From Octopus sinensis (Eukaryota), in the NCBI RefSeq assembly GCF_006345805.1, contig NC_042997.1, positions 106,888,001 through 106,952,000 of the forward strand: a stretch of 64,000 nt of DNA, written 5' to 3'. Shown piece after piece: positions 25,231-38,488 of the stretch. A program made the position numbers and the translations under genes. Position 1 is the first letter of the stretch, and the number at the start of each line of letters is the position of its first letter. The notes below the pieces were generated by a model. That model was not told the origin of the DNA and made no database searches. It saw only the letters and a program-made list of their open reading frames with translations.

Positions 25231-26311
25231 ATGTATGTATATATATATATATTATATATATATATATATATAAAATATAAAATGGGACAAGAACGCAAAA
25301 CATTCAGACAGTTAGGTGATACAAAAATGGGATAACAAAACAACCAGATAGATGATACAAAGAAAACAAAGACAGGTCATTTGGAGTTTTCTTTTCTCAG
25401 TTAAGTTCCAGATTATCTTTGCAAAATCTTGTACAACTCTATTCTTTTATTCTTTCCTTCTTTCTATTAGCCCTTTCATGCTTACTTTGTTCATTCCACT
25501 CTTCATTCTTTCGTTCTCCCTCTCTCACATTTATATATATTATATATAAAGTAGCAACACCAAATGGCGGTGCCCCAGCATGGCCACAGCTCATAAGCTG
25601 AAACTAGAATCAATCAATCAATCAATCAATATATATATAAGCATAGATGCTTCTAAAAGTTTGCTTACCATGTACATGGTTTCTGGTTCAGTCTCAACCA
25701 CATGGCACCATAGATAGGTTGACCAAAGCCTTCTGAGTGGATTTGGTAGGCAGAAACTGAAAGAAGTTTGTCGTGTGCGTGTTACTTTTTCATTGCCATG
25801 ACTTTGTGTGATAGTTGACACACAAGGAATGTGTTGGTGACAAAGAAAGGAATCTAGTCACAGAAAATCCACTTCACCAAATTATGTTTGAAAAGTGGAC
25901 ATTACAATGGTGATGATGATAAGCAAAAACAAATGATATAGACATAGGGTGAGGATCAACCTAAAACTACTGGGTTGTGAGGCTAACTTCTTAACCACAC
26001 AGGTATGCTAATGATCTAAGTCTAAAAACAATTTATCTCACTATTATCTACATTAAAGATAAGAATATCCATGAAGTATTCAGTGTCATGTATAGGGATA
26101 ATCCTACAGTATATAGCCAGAAACTATGTCATCTATACTGTTTATTGTTGTTCATCTTCAAGTCAACCCTGACTTGTGATGTGAGGTGCTCCAGGAACGA
26201 TCATTCTGCCTTTTTTGTATATCTAGGGTTATATTAGTCTAATGCATTTTTAAAGATATGATTTGCATGAATTTGGCTGCTATTTCTAGTGACTCTAATG
26301 ATCATGTAGAG

Positions 26312-26610
26312 CACTGGTCCTCAACCGTTTTTTACCTATGGACCTCTTTATGTGCTATATTATTCTGGTGGACCCCCATAGCCATTCATTATTTAAAAAC
26401 TAATTTATAGTGACTTCTTTCAAAGTTCCTATTTTATTATTTATTCATTCACTTGTATAGGTTGAACTATATAAAATGTTTCAGAAAGAAACTCAACTGT
26501 TTCTTATAATACATACATTTAAATCAAAAGTTTTTGTGGATCCCCAGTTTACTATTTTGCTAGCATTGGACCCTCAAAAATCTCATCTGGACCCAAATTT
26601 GGAACCACTG
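26312..26610. mobile_element. hAT (Charlie-like) MITE with a perfect 8-bp target-site duplication
   Basis: Ends CACTGGTCCTCAACC … GGAACCACTG. ATGTAGAG is duplicated at 26304-26311 and 26611-26618. Confidence 0.85.
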
Positions 26611-28409
26611 ATGTAGAGACTCCTTTGGTAACTTGTTTATAAAGTGATATATCAATTGGAGGGCGAATAATCTCTGTTCTTATTTTCGTAATTTTGAAAT
26701 TGAATTCTTATCTTTTACTTGTTTCAATGATTGAACTGTAGCCATGCTGGAGCATTGCCTTGAAGGGTTTAGTCAAGCAAATCAACCCCAGTACTTATTT
26801 CCTAAGTCTGGTATTCAATTGATCTCTTTTTGCCAAACTAGTAAGTTATGGGTATGTAAACAAATCAATGCTGGTTGTCAAGTAGTGGTGGGTGACAAAC
26901 ATAGACACACACACATACATTTACACACACACACATAATGTGACAGGCTACTACATGGTTTCCCTCTACCAAATTCACTCACATGGCATCAGTTAGCTCA
27001 GGGCTATCATACAAGACATTTGTCCAAGGTGATACACTGGGACTGAACTCAAAACCATATGGTTAGAAAGCAAGCTTCTTAACCATGCCTGTACCTATTG
27101 TGTTGTATTTTCTTGTAGTTGTTTTAGCTATGCAGCTGCGGTCATGCTGGGGCACATCTAGGATTTTTAAAGGAATATCTTTGATATATTTATTCAAAAA
27201 CAAAAGTTACACAATATAACATAAGGTATATTTATATGGAAAATTTTTGGAATAAAGCTGACATCCTATATATAGCATAAAGGAATAGGGATTTAAAATC
27301 CAGGCAGGTACCTTATAAGCACTCTCTTAAAATCCAGCTCTGGCTAGCCACCTCAAATCAGAACCATTTAAGATAATCTTTTAAACTGTACTTCATTCAA
27401 TAGGTAAATCTTGAGTTTGCTTCACTGGATTTCTTACAGCATACAGAGTATATAATCATGACATTGTAATGGAAAATTATACATCTTCAAAATTTATTTA
27501 TTAAAGTATTTTCTTCATATTTCATGTTCCCTCACCAAAAGTATACTTCAAGAACTTACATCTAATACTTGAATCTCTGTTGTAGCTGGAACAAGGAAGA
27601 CGTGTTCTTGTTTGTCTCCTGTCCTAGCTTGATTTACACATTCGCTACCACAACCTCATTTAGGTTTAGCAGCCCTTCCTGCTTGTGTTACCTATTTTGA
27701 CCCTCCACAAAATCCCAAATTTTATTTAATTTGCTTTGCGAGAGCAATTGTTTTATCAAAAGTGTATATTGTTAAATGCTCAAAATACAAGACTAGAAAA
27801 ACAACCAACAACTGATGAAGGGTCATTCTTTATGTTGTTTGTTTTGCTTTCCATTTGAGTCTTTTGTTGTTTGAAAGAATAGTTCATGTTCCATGTACTC
27901 GTGCTTTGTACTTTTTTGCTGTACACGTTTCATGACATCCTGTGCCCACATATGCATATATATATATATATGAATGATGAATTCATAATGCATATGGACT
28001 AAAGCTGAATGTCTCATATAGGTCTCCTTGATCAGAGTAGATGTGAAGACTAAATAAGTATACAAACTCTACTCCTTTTCACACAAAATAGCAAACAGAA
28101 CACACACACACTCATGTGCACAGAGTAATAAATCTATGCTTAAGCTTTGACTTGTTAGCTTTGTACTTTTATCTCATTCACATGTTTCAATGTGTGCAGT
28201 TGAGGTTGGCTATTCAAAATATTTAGTTACGAGTTTATAATTCTAGTTCATACACACACACACACAACGCCAAACTTTACGTGTTCATAACAACATAAGA
28301 ATAATATTTAACATGCTTTTGCTCTTGAGTGGAAGGAGGAAGAAACAAATTCTTCAATATAAAACTGAATTTTGTTCAACATGCCATCAGATATGAAATT
28401 AATTACTCT

Positions 28410-28763
28410 TTCACTCGTTTCGGTCATTTGACTGTGGCCATGCTGGAGTACTGCCTTTAGTCGAGCTAATCGACCCCAGGACTTATTTTTTGTAAACCTA
28501 GTACTTATTCTATCGGTCTCTTTTGCCAAACTGCTAAGTTACGGGGGACGTAAACACGCCAGCATCGGTTGTCAAGCGATGTTGGGGACACACATATATA
28601 CGACGGGCTTCTTTCAGTTTCCGTCTAACAAATCTACTCACAAGGCTTTGGTCGGCCTGAGGCTATAATAGAAGACACTTGCCCAAGTTGCCATGCAGTT
28701 GGACTGAACCCGGAACGATGTGGTTCGTAAGCAAGGTACTTACCACACAGCCACTCCTGCGCC
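28410..28763 (-). mobile_element. Young copy of the most abundant SINE (octopus OK/OR2-like by recall). Further copies near 950-1080, 4690-4880, 8021-8355, 14995-15240, 16930-17340, 23650-23770, 26720-27090, 34720-34870, 37740-37900, 38290-38740, 46450-46630, 58990-59400
   Basis: Shared motif GGCACCTTGGGCAAGTGTCTTCTACTATAGCC…GATTTGGTAGATGGAAACTGAAAGAAGCCC, internal TA/TG microsatellite, CpG-retaining in this copy. Confidence 0.8.
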
Positions 28764-29770
28764 TATGCCAATATTTATTTACATCCTACAGCTATAATAA
28801 ACCCTAGTTACATAATTCATTAATAATTATTTTATTTCTCGCCATATTACGTATCTTGAATTTATTCACAATATATTTGTTTCTGTAATTTCAGCACATT
28901 TTTTTTTGATTATTCTATTTATTTAATTATAATTTTTTATTTAAATTATCTTTCTTTAATTCCATTATGATTATCCTCATATACTTTCGTTTGTTTCTAT
29001 AAATATATGAGAATGATTAATATAATTACAATTGTTGAATAGGGAAATGTTCTTCAACAAACTATTTTGAATAGTAACATTGTTTTTGGTTTTCTTTTTA
29101 GTTTTATTTAAATAACTACTACTTTATGGCTATGCCCTTCTACCTTAATTTCTGTAAATCTTTTTTTATATATAAATATATACCATTTCTTTTTAGATTA
29201 TTGATGTATCTTTCTGTTATATTAGTATATATGTAGGAGTTATATTTAGGTGGCAGTGTATTGTTTGTTTCGTAGTATCTACTCTCCACCAGTTTCTGAA
29301 CATCAGTAGATGATAACATTTGAGTGATACCATATGGTTTTTGAAGTTGTACCAAAATAATCAGATACAGCAGGGCATTTCTGTTTTCAAATATATGTTA
29401 GAAAGAATGGTGAAGATACACGCCATAGTTCTAAAAACAGTGATTGCTCTTTCATAATAACCTTTGTCTTTTATTACACTTTTAAAGTATACAGTATATA
29501 TTCCACTATAATACTATTATATATATTACATAAGGGAGGGTCTATGAATGAGTGATTTTGGTGTCTATGCACAAATACATGTCCTACAGACTGATAATAG
29601 CATTCTTTGTCATTTATATCCCAGTGGTGTTTTTTTACAGACCTATATTGTCAAACATATTGTCTCTCTCTCTCTCAACAATTTCCACAGTAGTCTTTCT
29701 ATGTTTGAGTGTATGCAAAGGTATCATATAATTGTAGACACCTGTAATTTCAATCATTGCTTCTTAATTC

Positions 29771-29816
29771 ACCATAGCTGATGAAGCATAACAATGTAGA
29801 AACGTGTGTCCATGGT
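29771..29816 (+). ncRNA. Degenerate minimal type I hammerhead ribozyme motif (Penelope-like terminal repeat)
   Basis: ACCATAG-CTGATGA-A-GCAT AACA ATGT-A-GAAAC GTGT GTC-CATGGT. Core boxes, stem II, stem III, GUC cleavage triplet and stem I (ACCAT/ATGGT) are all visible; there is one extra A before GAAA. Confidence 0.6.
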
Positions 29817-29949
29817 CCAATGATATCATTCATAGTCTCGTGGTGTTCTTTTCACTCATTGTCTGTCAGGAGAATTTCTTTCCCAAGACTATTTTTCAAG
29901 TGAAATGTTTGATAGTGTACAAAGTCTTAAATATAATTATAAACCCCTA

Positions 29950-30012
<63 letters not shown>

Positions 30013-31391
30013 ATGTATTCTTTAATACCTTTGAAATTTGGGGCTTCCCTCAATACTCATAAACTTATATACTTTTGCAATTTTATTCAGCTTCATATGC
30101 TTCCACAGTACTTCTGCAATATTAGAAATAGTTTTTTTTCTTTTCTCTTTCCTCAAATTTATGTTCTGATATACTGATTTCCTACACTAGCATAAGGCTG
30201 TAAACTCTGGTTGTGGGTGAGAGAGTAGTTCATTTGAATGACTGGTACTTATTTCATTAGTGCCTTCTATGGTAATCATTTCCAACAAATGGGAAAACTG
30301 ATTTAGAAATATTGGTATGTCTATTAGATCTGATAGTATTTAAAATAAACTGAAATCATTTTAAATGTTAGATCTAAGATTGAAGGTTAATTAGACTAAG
30401 AAGTTGATTTATTTCATTAATTATGAATGAATTGCTGCTTCCTTTTGGAATATGTAATGTAGAGCCTGAATAGAAAACCAGAATAAGTTTATTTTGGGTA
30501 GACTTATAGTAAGAGTTATTTCTTAAAGAGCAAAGGATATCTTGAAGAAAACTCGTAAATCATCTTCCTAATCATTATAGCACAGCTTTCTTTGACCAGT
30601 CCATATGTGACCTCAACCTGTTAGATTTAGCAACCTGATTACCCTCAAAGAACATCATACCATCCTAAAAAAAGAGAAGAACATGTTGCTTAATGTAATT
30701 TTTGATACACTCAAGCTGAAAAAATAAGACAGGATAGTCATGGCTGGACTGCCTTTCAGCATATGTCTGACCTAATCCTAAATAACAGCCACAATAACTT
30801 ACTCTTATAGTCAATCACATAAGATGCTATCAAACATGTTTCTACATATACAAACTTTAACACACCAAAGTGAATTGCTATTGAAAGGAAGCTGTCAAAT
30901 AGCTGCAATACTTCTCTATGCTTTAAAGTATTAGTTTTCTGATTGCTTTGTTGCCTTCCTGTGACAGTTTTAACCTAAGTCTTTACATTGGAAATTGTCT
31001 TATATATTGGTCCAAACAACTGCATGGTTATTGTTTCATAATATTGATTTGCTTCAGTTGTAGAAATAGTACGCTCGATCCTCATCCTACACACAAATCA
31101 ATCAATCCCCTTATCTAGCCAATGCAAGCCATTTTGATATCACTAATTCCTTCCCTTATCTCTTCATGCTTTTTAAAATAATGTTCTTATTTGTTAGGAT
31201 TATTTCAAGTCTCTTGTTTTTTTAGATGCTAACATGAGCAGATTTAGAAATTATTTTTTGTTTAAGAATTATTTTCCTTTTCTATGGTATAGGACTAGCA
31301 AGTGTTTTACACAGTAAATGAGACAGTTTTGAGAATACTTTTCTATTGTAAATTTATCACTGACTGTTAATTTAAATTCATATTTGTTTAA

Positions 31392-31615
31392 CCCTTTAGC
31401 ATTTACATTATTTTGTCAAATGTAATGCTTAATTTATTCACATTGATTTGAATTAATCATGCATTATCTTGTAGCTTTGAGATTTCAATGAAGTGATAGT
31501 ATATTTTTACAATGACATTCTTATGTAGGTGTGAGACACCAGATCTGCCCAGTTTGAACATAAAACAGGTATAAAAAATTTTGGGCCAAATATAGCCAGT
31601 TTAAATACTAAAGAG
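31392..31615. mobile_element. TTAA-flanked piggyBac-like MITE (same family)
   Basis: TTAA|CCCTTTAGCATT … AATACTAAAGAG|TTAA. Confidence 0.8.
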
Positions 31616-34057
31616 TTAAAAAAAACCTCATAAATGGGTGGGGTGAGGGAACTCTCTAGACACTAGTTTGGCTTTAAAAATTTACCCTCATGAATGTCAC
31701 AATACGACTATATACACACACTACAAAATTTGTAGATACTGGAGTAGAACATTAGCAGTAACTGTGAAGGAATACTTTAGGGTTGGCATGAAAAACTGCA
31801 TTGATTTTTACCTTTGTCCAGTATCTTCTAAAAGTATAAAGAGAAAGACATAGATACAGGTGAACTGTTCTCTTAAAGTGATTACTATCTACCTAAGCAA
31901 ATCATTTTAAGAATGTAAATCTATTTAATCAATATGTATATAATACCTAATTATATATGTGTATAGCTACATTATATATGCAAGGGTAGGCATGGCTGTG
32001 AGTTTACGCAGTTCACTTTGTAACTGTATGGATCTGGATTCAGTTCTACTTCATGACCACTTGATCAAATGTCTTTAGCTATGTGTATGAAACTGGTTGA
32101 CAGAATGGAAAGCCTGTATGTGTGTGTGTGAATGTCATATTCTCATTATCACCACTTGAGCAGAACAGTGTCTTTGTTTTTATTTTCCAGTAAGCAAGGT
32201 TTGTGTAGTTTCAGCTACACATCATCATCATAATCATCATCATTTAACATCCATCTTTCATGCTGGCATGGGTTGGACAGTTTGTCAAGAGCTGGCGACT
32301 CGGAGGATTGTTCTGAGCTCCACTGTCTGTTTTGGCATGGGTTTTTACGGCTAACCTCTTCACAGAGTGGTCTAGATGTTTTTTTTACGTGGTACCAACA
32401 CAGCAAGGTCTGTTTTGACATTATTTTCACATGGTACCAACACAGCAAGGTCTGTTTTAACATGGCTTTTACATGGTACTAGCACTGGCAAAGTCTGTTT
32501 TGACATAATTTTCACAGCTAGATACCCTTCCTAATTACAAGCGCTTTAAAGAGTGACCTGGGTAGTTTTCATGTGGCACCAGTGCCAGTGAGGTCTGTTT
32601 GGCATAGTTTTTATGGCTCTTTCAATTTGTGAGGGCTAGAAGAATGAAAACACCTTACTTGGAAAACAGGTCAGGATTGACAACAGGAAGAGCATCTAGC
32701 CATAGAAAATAAGCCATTAGTTTTGTCTAACGTCTGAAAGCACAGAACAAAAGACATAGAAAGGATAATGATGATGATGGTATAATATATAAGAACATAT
32801 GTTTTTGTACATTGCCATCTGTTGTTTGAAATAATTGTAAATAGTCATAATAAAAGCTGTTTTTCAAATGCTCAAATCAGTAGCTGATTAATAATTTTTG
32901 CTAGCAGAATGATAGGAATTCATAATGGTAATTTTTTGAGCTTTTATATGTGTAAGTCATCAAATTTTTACCCCAAATAAGTCACCCAGTTTACAATATT
33001 AAATTCCTGTTTTAATTATTCAAAATTATTTACAAAAACTACTTCTGCTTCTCAACTGTTGCATTGCCCAGTGGTAAGGATGTTAAGCTCATGATCATAA
33101 GATTGTGAGTTCATATCCTGGGCCCATGAGCAAGATACTTCATTTTGTGTTGCTCCAGTCTACCAAGCTGTAATGAGTACCAACCAGCTGATAATGCAGT
33201 GCTCTATCTCTCTCTCTCACATCCTGGATGCTCTGCTGAATGAAGTTGGGAGGACTAACTACTTGCAACTGTATAAGCACCTAAAATGATGAGTTGGAAA
33301 TGCATGGTACATGTTATTAAGCCATATTCACTCAAATGATGGCTGACTAATTTTTTAGTTGCTCTAATCTACCTTACTTTATTTTTGCATTTCTTTTGAT
33401 AATGTTTTATCTTCTCTCCCTCACAAAGGTTAATTCTAACTACATATTCTAACCCACCTTTATCTTGGCCAATACCTCTACCCTTTTGTCAACTGTCATT
33501 ATCTGTTCTATTCTCATTATTTATTCATATCACCTAAGTCTTCTCGCTGTTTCCAACACCTGTTACTTTTTCTAAAGGTCACCATGCCTCCACAATTTTT
33601 TTTTTAAAGATTGATTTCAATAGACTTATTTCCAACAAGAGTAATAACTTATGGTTTATATGGAACAAGCAAATAAACTATGGGACATTTCCCCATCCCC
33701 ACCCTCAACTTGTTTAGGTCCAAAACATGATCAGGTAGGTCTGTAATCAGAAATGTTCCATCCATAACCATCCTGTCTCTTTTGACAATACAGCTCTAGA
33801 TTATACAATGTGTTCTTTTTTAAGATGAGAGATTGTGATTTAAAGGTAGTTTGCCAGTTATTTCTTGCAGGCTAGAGGATCCTTCTTTGGTTTATTTCCT
33901 ATGCACCTTTATATTGTGGCTTTATTTTCTGGTGGTAAAATATTACTTTGGTTTGTATATCAGGCTCTTTAATTGAACTAAAATATAAGATTGCATACTG
34001 ATAATTTTGTGTTCAATTATATTAGCGAACACAGATTTCTTCCTTCTCACCTCTTAG

Positions 34058-34073
34058 AAATCACCATAGTTTG
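34058..34073 (+). CDS. Candidate 16-nt microexon ((G)NHHSL; phase 2 to 0)
   Basis: tttcttccttctcacctcttag|AAATCACCATAGTTTG|gtattt. Complements the 44-nt exon (44+16=60 nt). Confidence 0.5.
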
Positions 34074-37000
34074 GTATTTTGTGGGCGCTATAAATCCAAT
34101 TAAACTCAGTTAAAGCATTGATTATCCAAATTAAACAGCCAACAGTAGCCAGTGTTTTGGATGAAAAAGATAGAAAAAAACTCTCCTTCCTTTCCCGGAC
34201 ACCCCCCCCCCTCTCATGGATCAAAACTTGTCATGGTGCATTGCTTTACTTGCTGCTACCTGCCCAGCTAAAAAATATCTTTCACTTGAGACTTGATAAA
34301 TTAGAATGCTTTTCAGCTACTTAATTAAAAGGGGGGAAACAGAGTTCATCTGGGTTTCCTTAAGGGGTAAACTGATTCAGAAAAATTCAGCTTGATACTA
34401 ATGTTTCATGGATGGATATTATGATATTATATATCCATGCATTTAATAAAGGGATGTATGTGTGGAAATCATAGTTTCAAATTCCCAGATTGGTGGTGTA
34501 TTATGTTCTTGAGCAAAACACTTCATTTCATATTACTCCAGTTGACTTGGCTAAAAATGGGTAACACTGCAATGGACTGGCATCCCATTCAATTGGGAGT
34601 TGTTAGCCAGCCCACTTTGCCAGCATCAGTTGAAGGCTACAAGGAAGTGCATCATTGCTTGCAGTGTATAACCACATTCTACCGTTTGGCTGATATACAC
34701 ACACACACACACACGGATGTGTGTTTAAGAAGTTTGTTTCCGAGTTCAGTTCCACTGTGTGGTGCCTTGGGTGAGTGTCTGCCACTATAGCTCCAAGCTG
34801 GCCAAAGCCTTGAGAATGGATTTTAGAGACAAACTAAAAAAATGCCCTTTCTGCATGTGTGTGTGTGTCCTTGTCTTGACATCATGTGATTGTTGCAAAT
34901 GAATGTTATTCATTTCCAGTATCCTGCAAAGGGCCAGTGGGGAAACAATTTTGCTTGGAAACAGATAAAAATTAGTAACAGAAAGGGCATCTAGCATAGA
35001 AAACCTGTCTTGACAAACTCTGTCAAACCTATGCAAGCATGGAATGGTAGGCTTTAAAAGTAATAATGATGATAAATAAATAACTCATAAAAGCAAACAG
35101 ATTGATAAAAATGTAAAAAATTTACTACCTGTTTTTTTTTCTTTTTTTGTAAATAGTTTGGTCATATCTTATCTTTTAGCTGAATAATTCATTTCATTGA
35201 CAATTTGATAGATTTCATAATTAATTTAATTTAACACAATTTTCATAATTCATAGCGTATATTTCCACTTGAAAGGCTCTTTTTCATATTTCCCTCATTT
35301 AGATACAGTGAACTAGAGTTGACTCCTGGAAATGATTATGAAACTTAGAATACTATAAATGATACTATCAGTAAGTTTGTAAACAACTTGATATGAATTT
35401 GAATCTGATGCAACAGAAATTCATATATAAAGGCAAATTATCCTCAGACTTCGATTGATTTAGTTTAATGTGATAATAAAATCAAGTTAGAACAGATGTG
35501 CTTCAGAAAAGAGAAAACCAATTTACGTGAGTTTTGATTTGGTTTTCTTTATATTATCATTTATGAAATTCTGACCTAGACTGGCTTAATTTTTTATATT
35601 TTTTCATAAACTAATCAAGAGGATTTTAGTAGATTAAAAGAAAGTTGATAGCTGCTATGGAACATTATTCTACAGAATTATAAATCTGCCTACATGATTG
35701 GTACAGTAACTTTGAAAGATTATTTCTCCTTTTACTCTCCTTTTCACAAGATGTCTTTGTTATTCATAAAAATGTATCTTAAAAGAAAATGCCATTGAAC
35801 TAAAGTGAAAACAATCATTAAAGGTTTTCCAGCAAATAACTGGCACCACTCTATTTTTCTTTACTTCAAGTTGTCAATAAAATTGATCTTTGCTAAAAGT
35901 CTTTGGCTGCAATCTGTTACGTTATTGTTTCTTTGTTCAGATTGTGTTGGATCAAAACAAAAATACATTGTTTAAAAACAATAACTTCACTTGGAAAACA
36001 CTAAATTTTAAATATTTACTTAGTGTTCCTTTAAAAGAAGTCTTTTGTATTGGAGTTGGTTGTTGATGTAGAGAGAGAGAGAGATTTTATAAGCAAAGAA
36101 GTCTGGAGGGAGAACTAGATGGAGAAAAACTGTAAGTAAAGCAGAAGAGTTACATTTGATGTTAAGACTATATTATTCTGTTATATATTGGTAGTAGGGT
36201 TTTTTTTTATTAACCTTTTTTGCTTTATTTGTGGGGATGGAATTATTGTAATAGTTTTTTAGGAAGAAAGCAAAAATGATTTATGTTTTAATGCTGACAT
36301 TGCCATCAGTAATGTTTGTCTGGACAAAATAATCGTCATCATTTAACATCCTCCCTCCATGCTGGCATGGTTTGGATGGTTTGACAGGAGCCTGCACCAT
36401 GCTTTTGTATCTGTTTTGGCATGGTTTTTATGGCTGGATACCCTTCCCAATATCAAACACTCCGTAGAGTAGGCTGAGTGCTTTTTACATGGCACTCACA
36501 CAGGTGAGGTCAATTTTAGCATGGTTTTTACAGCTGATGCCCTTCTAAATGCCAACTACTTTACAGTGTGGACTGGGTGCTTTTTAAGTGGTACATGCAG
36601 GGTCACGAAGTAATTTTGCAAGACAAGGAACCAAGAGGGGAGAGACATAATATCTTATTTTATCTAACTCAGAAAAATGAAAAGCCAACTTGATCTCAGC
36701 AGGATTTGAAATCACAGTATAAATGACTATAACTAAATGCCACAAGCATGTTCGGTGCTCAAATTACTGTGTTAACCTTCTCTTTATCCATCTGTTTCAG
36801 TCTTCTACTTTTTATTATGTAATACATATGACATATTCATATCTGTTATATTCTAATTTCAAGAAGGATATTTTATTCATCAAGGTCATTTTATAGATTT
36901 TAGCAAAAGAGCAGAATTTTCTGTTAATTATGGTTGAAACAAGATAGTAAGTTTATACACAAAGATGTATTTTATGTATTTCTATCAAACTATCTAGTGT

Positions 37001-37288
37001 CAAGGAAGGTGGCCATACAATCATACATTTTACATTTGCAAGTTAAGAGTATCAATTTCAAAATTGCTTCTATTGGTTAACTTCTGTTTGACATGAATTT
37101 CTTTCATCATTAAATTATTTCTATTCTCGAATTTCAAAGTGAAGTTACACAGCTTTGTTACCTCTTCTTGTACAGTACAATAATCTACTTTCTTATAAAC
37201 CTCAAGTGACCTCTTCTTAGATAATATATGTATCATTCTGCAATTAAATAGTTTAAAAATGAAGTGAAACAAGACTCTGTCTGTCTGT

Positions 37289-37324
<36 letters not shown>

Positions 37325-38450
37325 GAGAGAGAGGAGAAAGGATTTCCTTTATTTCATACCATTAATATCATTGTTTTTACATTTGCTGTTTTATGTTGTT
37401 TTTGTTACAAAGAGATCTACTCAGGGTATATTGCCATCACACCTGTGATGAATGCATAGTAAGTAATATATCCAGATAGGAAGTGGGTTCTGAATTTATT
37501 CATGCACCTGCGTGAAGTTTTGTAGTGTTTAGAGGTTAACGTATTTGACTGAAACATCTCATCTAAATAAGGCCAGTGACAACAACCATATACACAATTG
37601 TTAGAAAAAATAGTTGATATAATTCAATGAGAAGGGTGAACACAGATAATCCAATAAAAGCTTGAAAATAAAATAAACTTCATACAAACTCTAGAAAAGA
37701 AATGTAATAATAGGTTTGTATTTACATATCACAACAAGTTCAGGTGTGTCTGTGTGGAAAGAAGTTTGTTTTCCAATCACATTCTTTTAGTTTTAGTCCC
37801 ACTGTGTTATGCCTTAGGCAGGTATTGTCTTACCCAAGTTGACCAAAGTCTTGTGAGTGAATTTGGTAGATGGAAGCTCTGCATGCGTGTGTGTGTGGTG
37901 TTGTTTCACCATGATATCACATGATACTTGTGTCACCATCATGCAAGCAGTACCCTTTGTTTCCAATCTTTAACAACATGTCTGGTCATGAGGAAATATT
38001 TCCTTACTTGGAATCAGGTGAGAGTTAGTGACCGGAAGGGTATCGGATCCAGCTGCAGAAAATCCATCTCTACAAATTTCATGCAAGGATGGATATGTGG
38101 TTATTAAAATTATGTCGATCCATATAAAAGTGTTTATATTTCAAATACATCGCTCTTTATATGTATTAGGGTGACTATGTTGGCACAGATTATAGGACAA
38201 GTAACAATAATGGGGACAAGATCAATGGCTCTTAATCTTTTTGATTTTATGTAGCACATTGGAAATGAGATGAAATTTACTAACAAACACAGGTAGCTGT
38301 GTGTTAAGAAGTTTGCTTCACAACCACGTGGTTTTAGTTTCAGTCCTACTGTGTGGCACCTTGGGCAAGTGTCTTCTACTATAGCCTTGGGCCTACCAAA
38401 GCTTTGTGATTATATCTGGTAGATGGAAACCTGTTGTATGTATATATATT

Positions 38451-38488
<38 letters not shown>

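Noticed and set aside
27810-27830. CTGATGAAG half hammerhead core (also at 14534)
   Set aside because: No stem II followed by GAAA.
32370-32520. ~41-bp tandem units that superficially resemble a CRISPR-like array
   Set aside because: Contiguous tandem units without unique spacers, inside an RTE-type tail, in a eukaryotic context.
36072-36131. 60-nt AG…GTAAGT exon-like segment
   Set aside because: Weak acceptor inside an AG microsatellite; there is a stop in the phase required at this position.
36801-36818. 18-nt symmetric candidate (SSTFYY); similar cases at 41730-41747 and 49611-49628
   Set aside because: Good acceptors but weak donors (AT|GTAATA, GA|GTGAAT, AT|GTGACT), so they are left out of the model. 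They show the background rate of decoy microexons.
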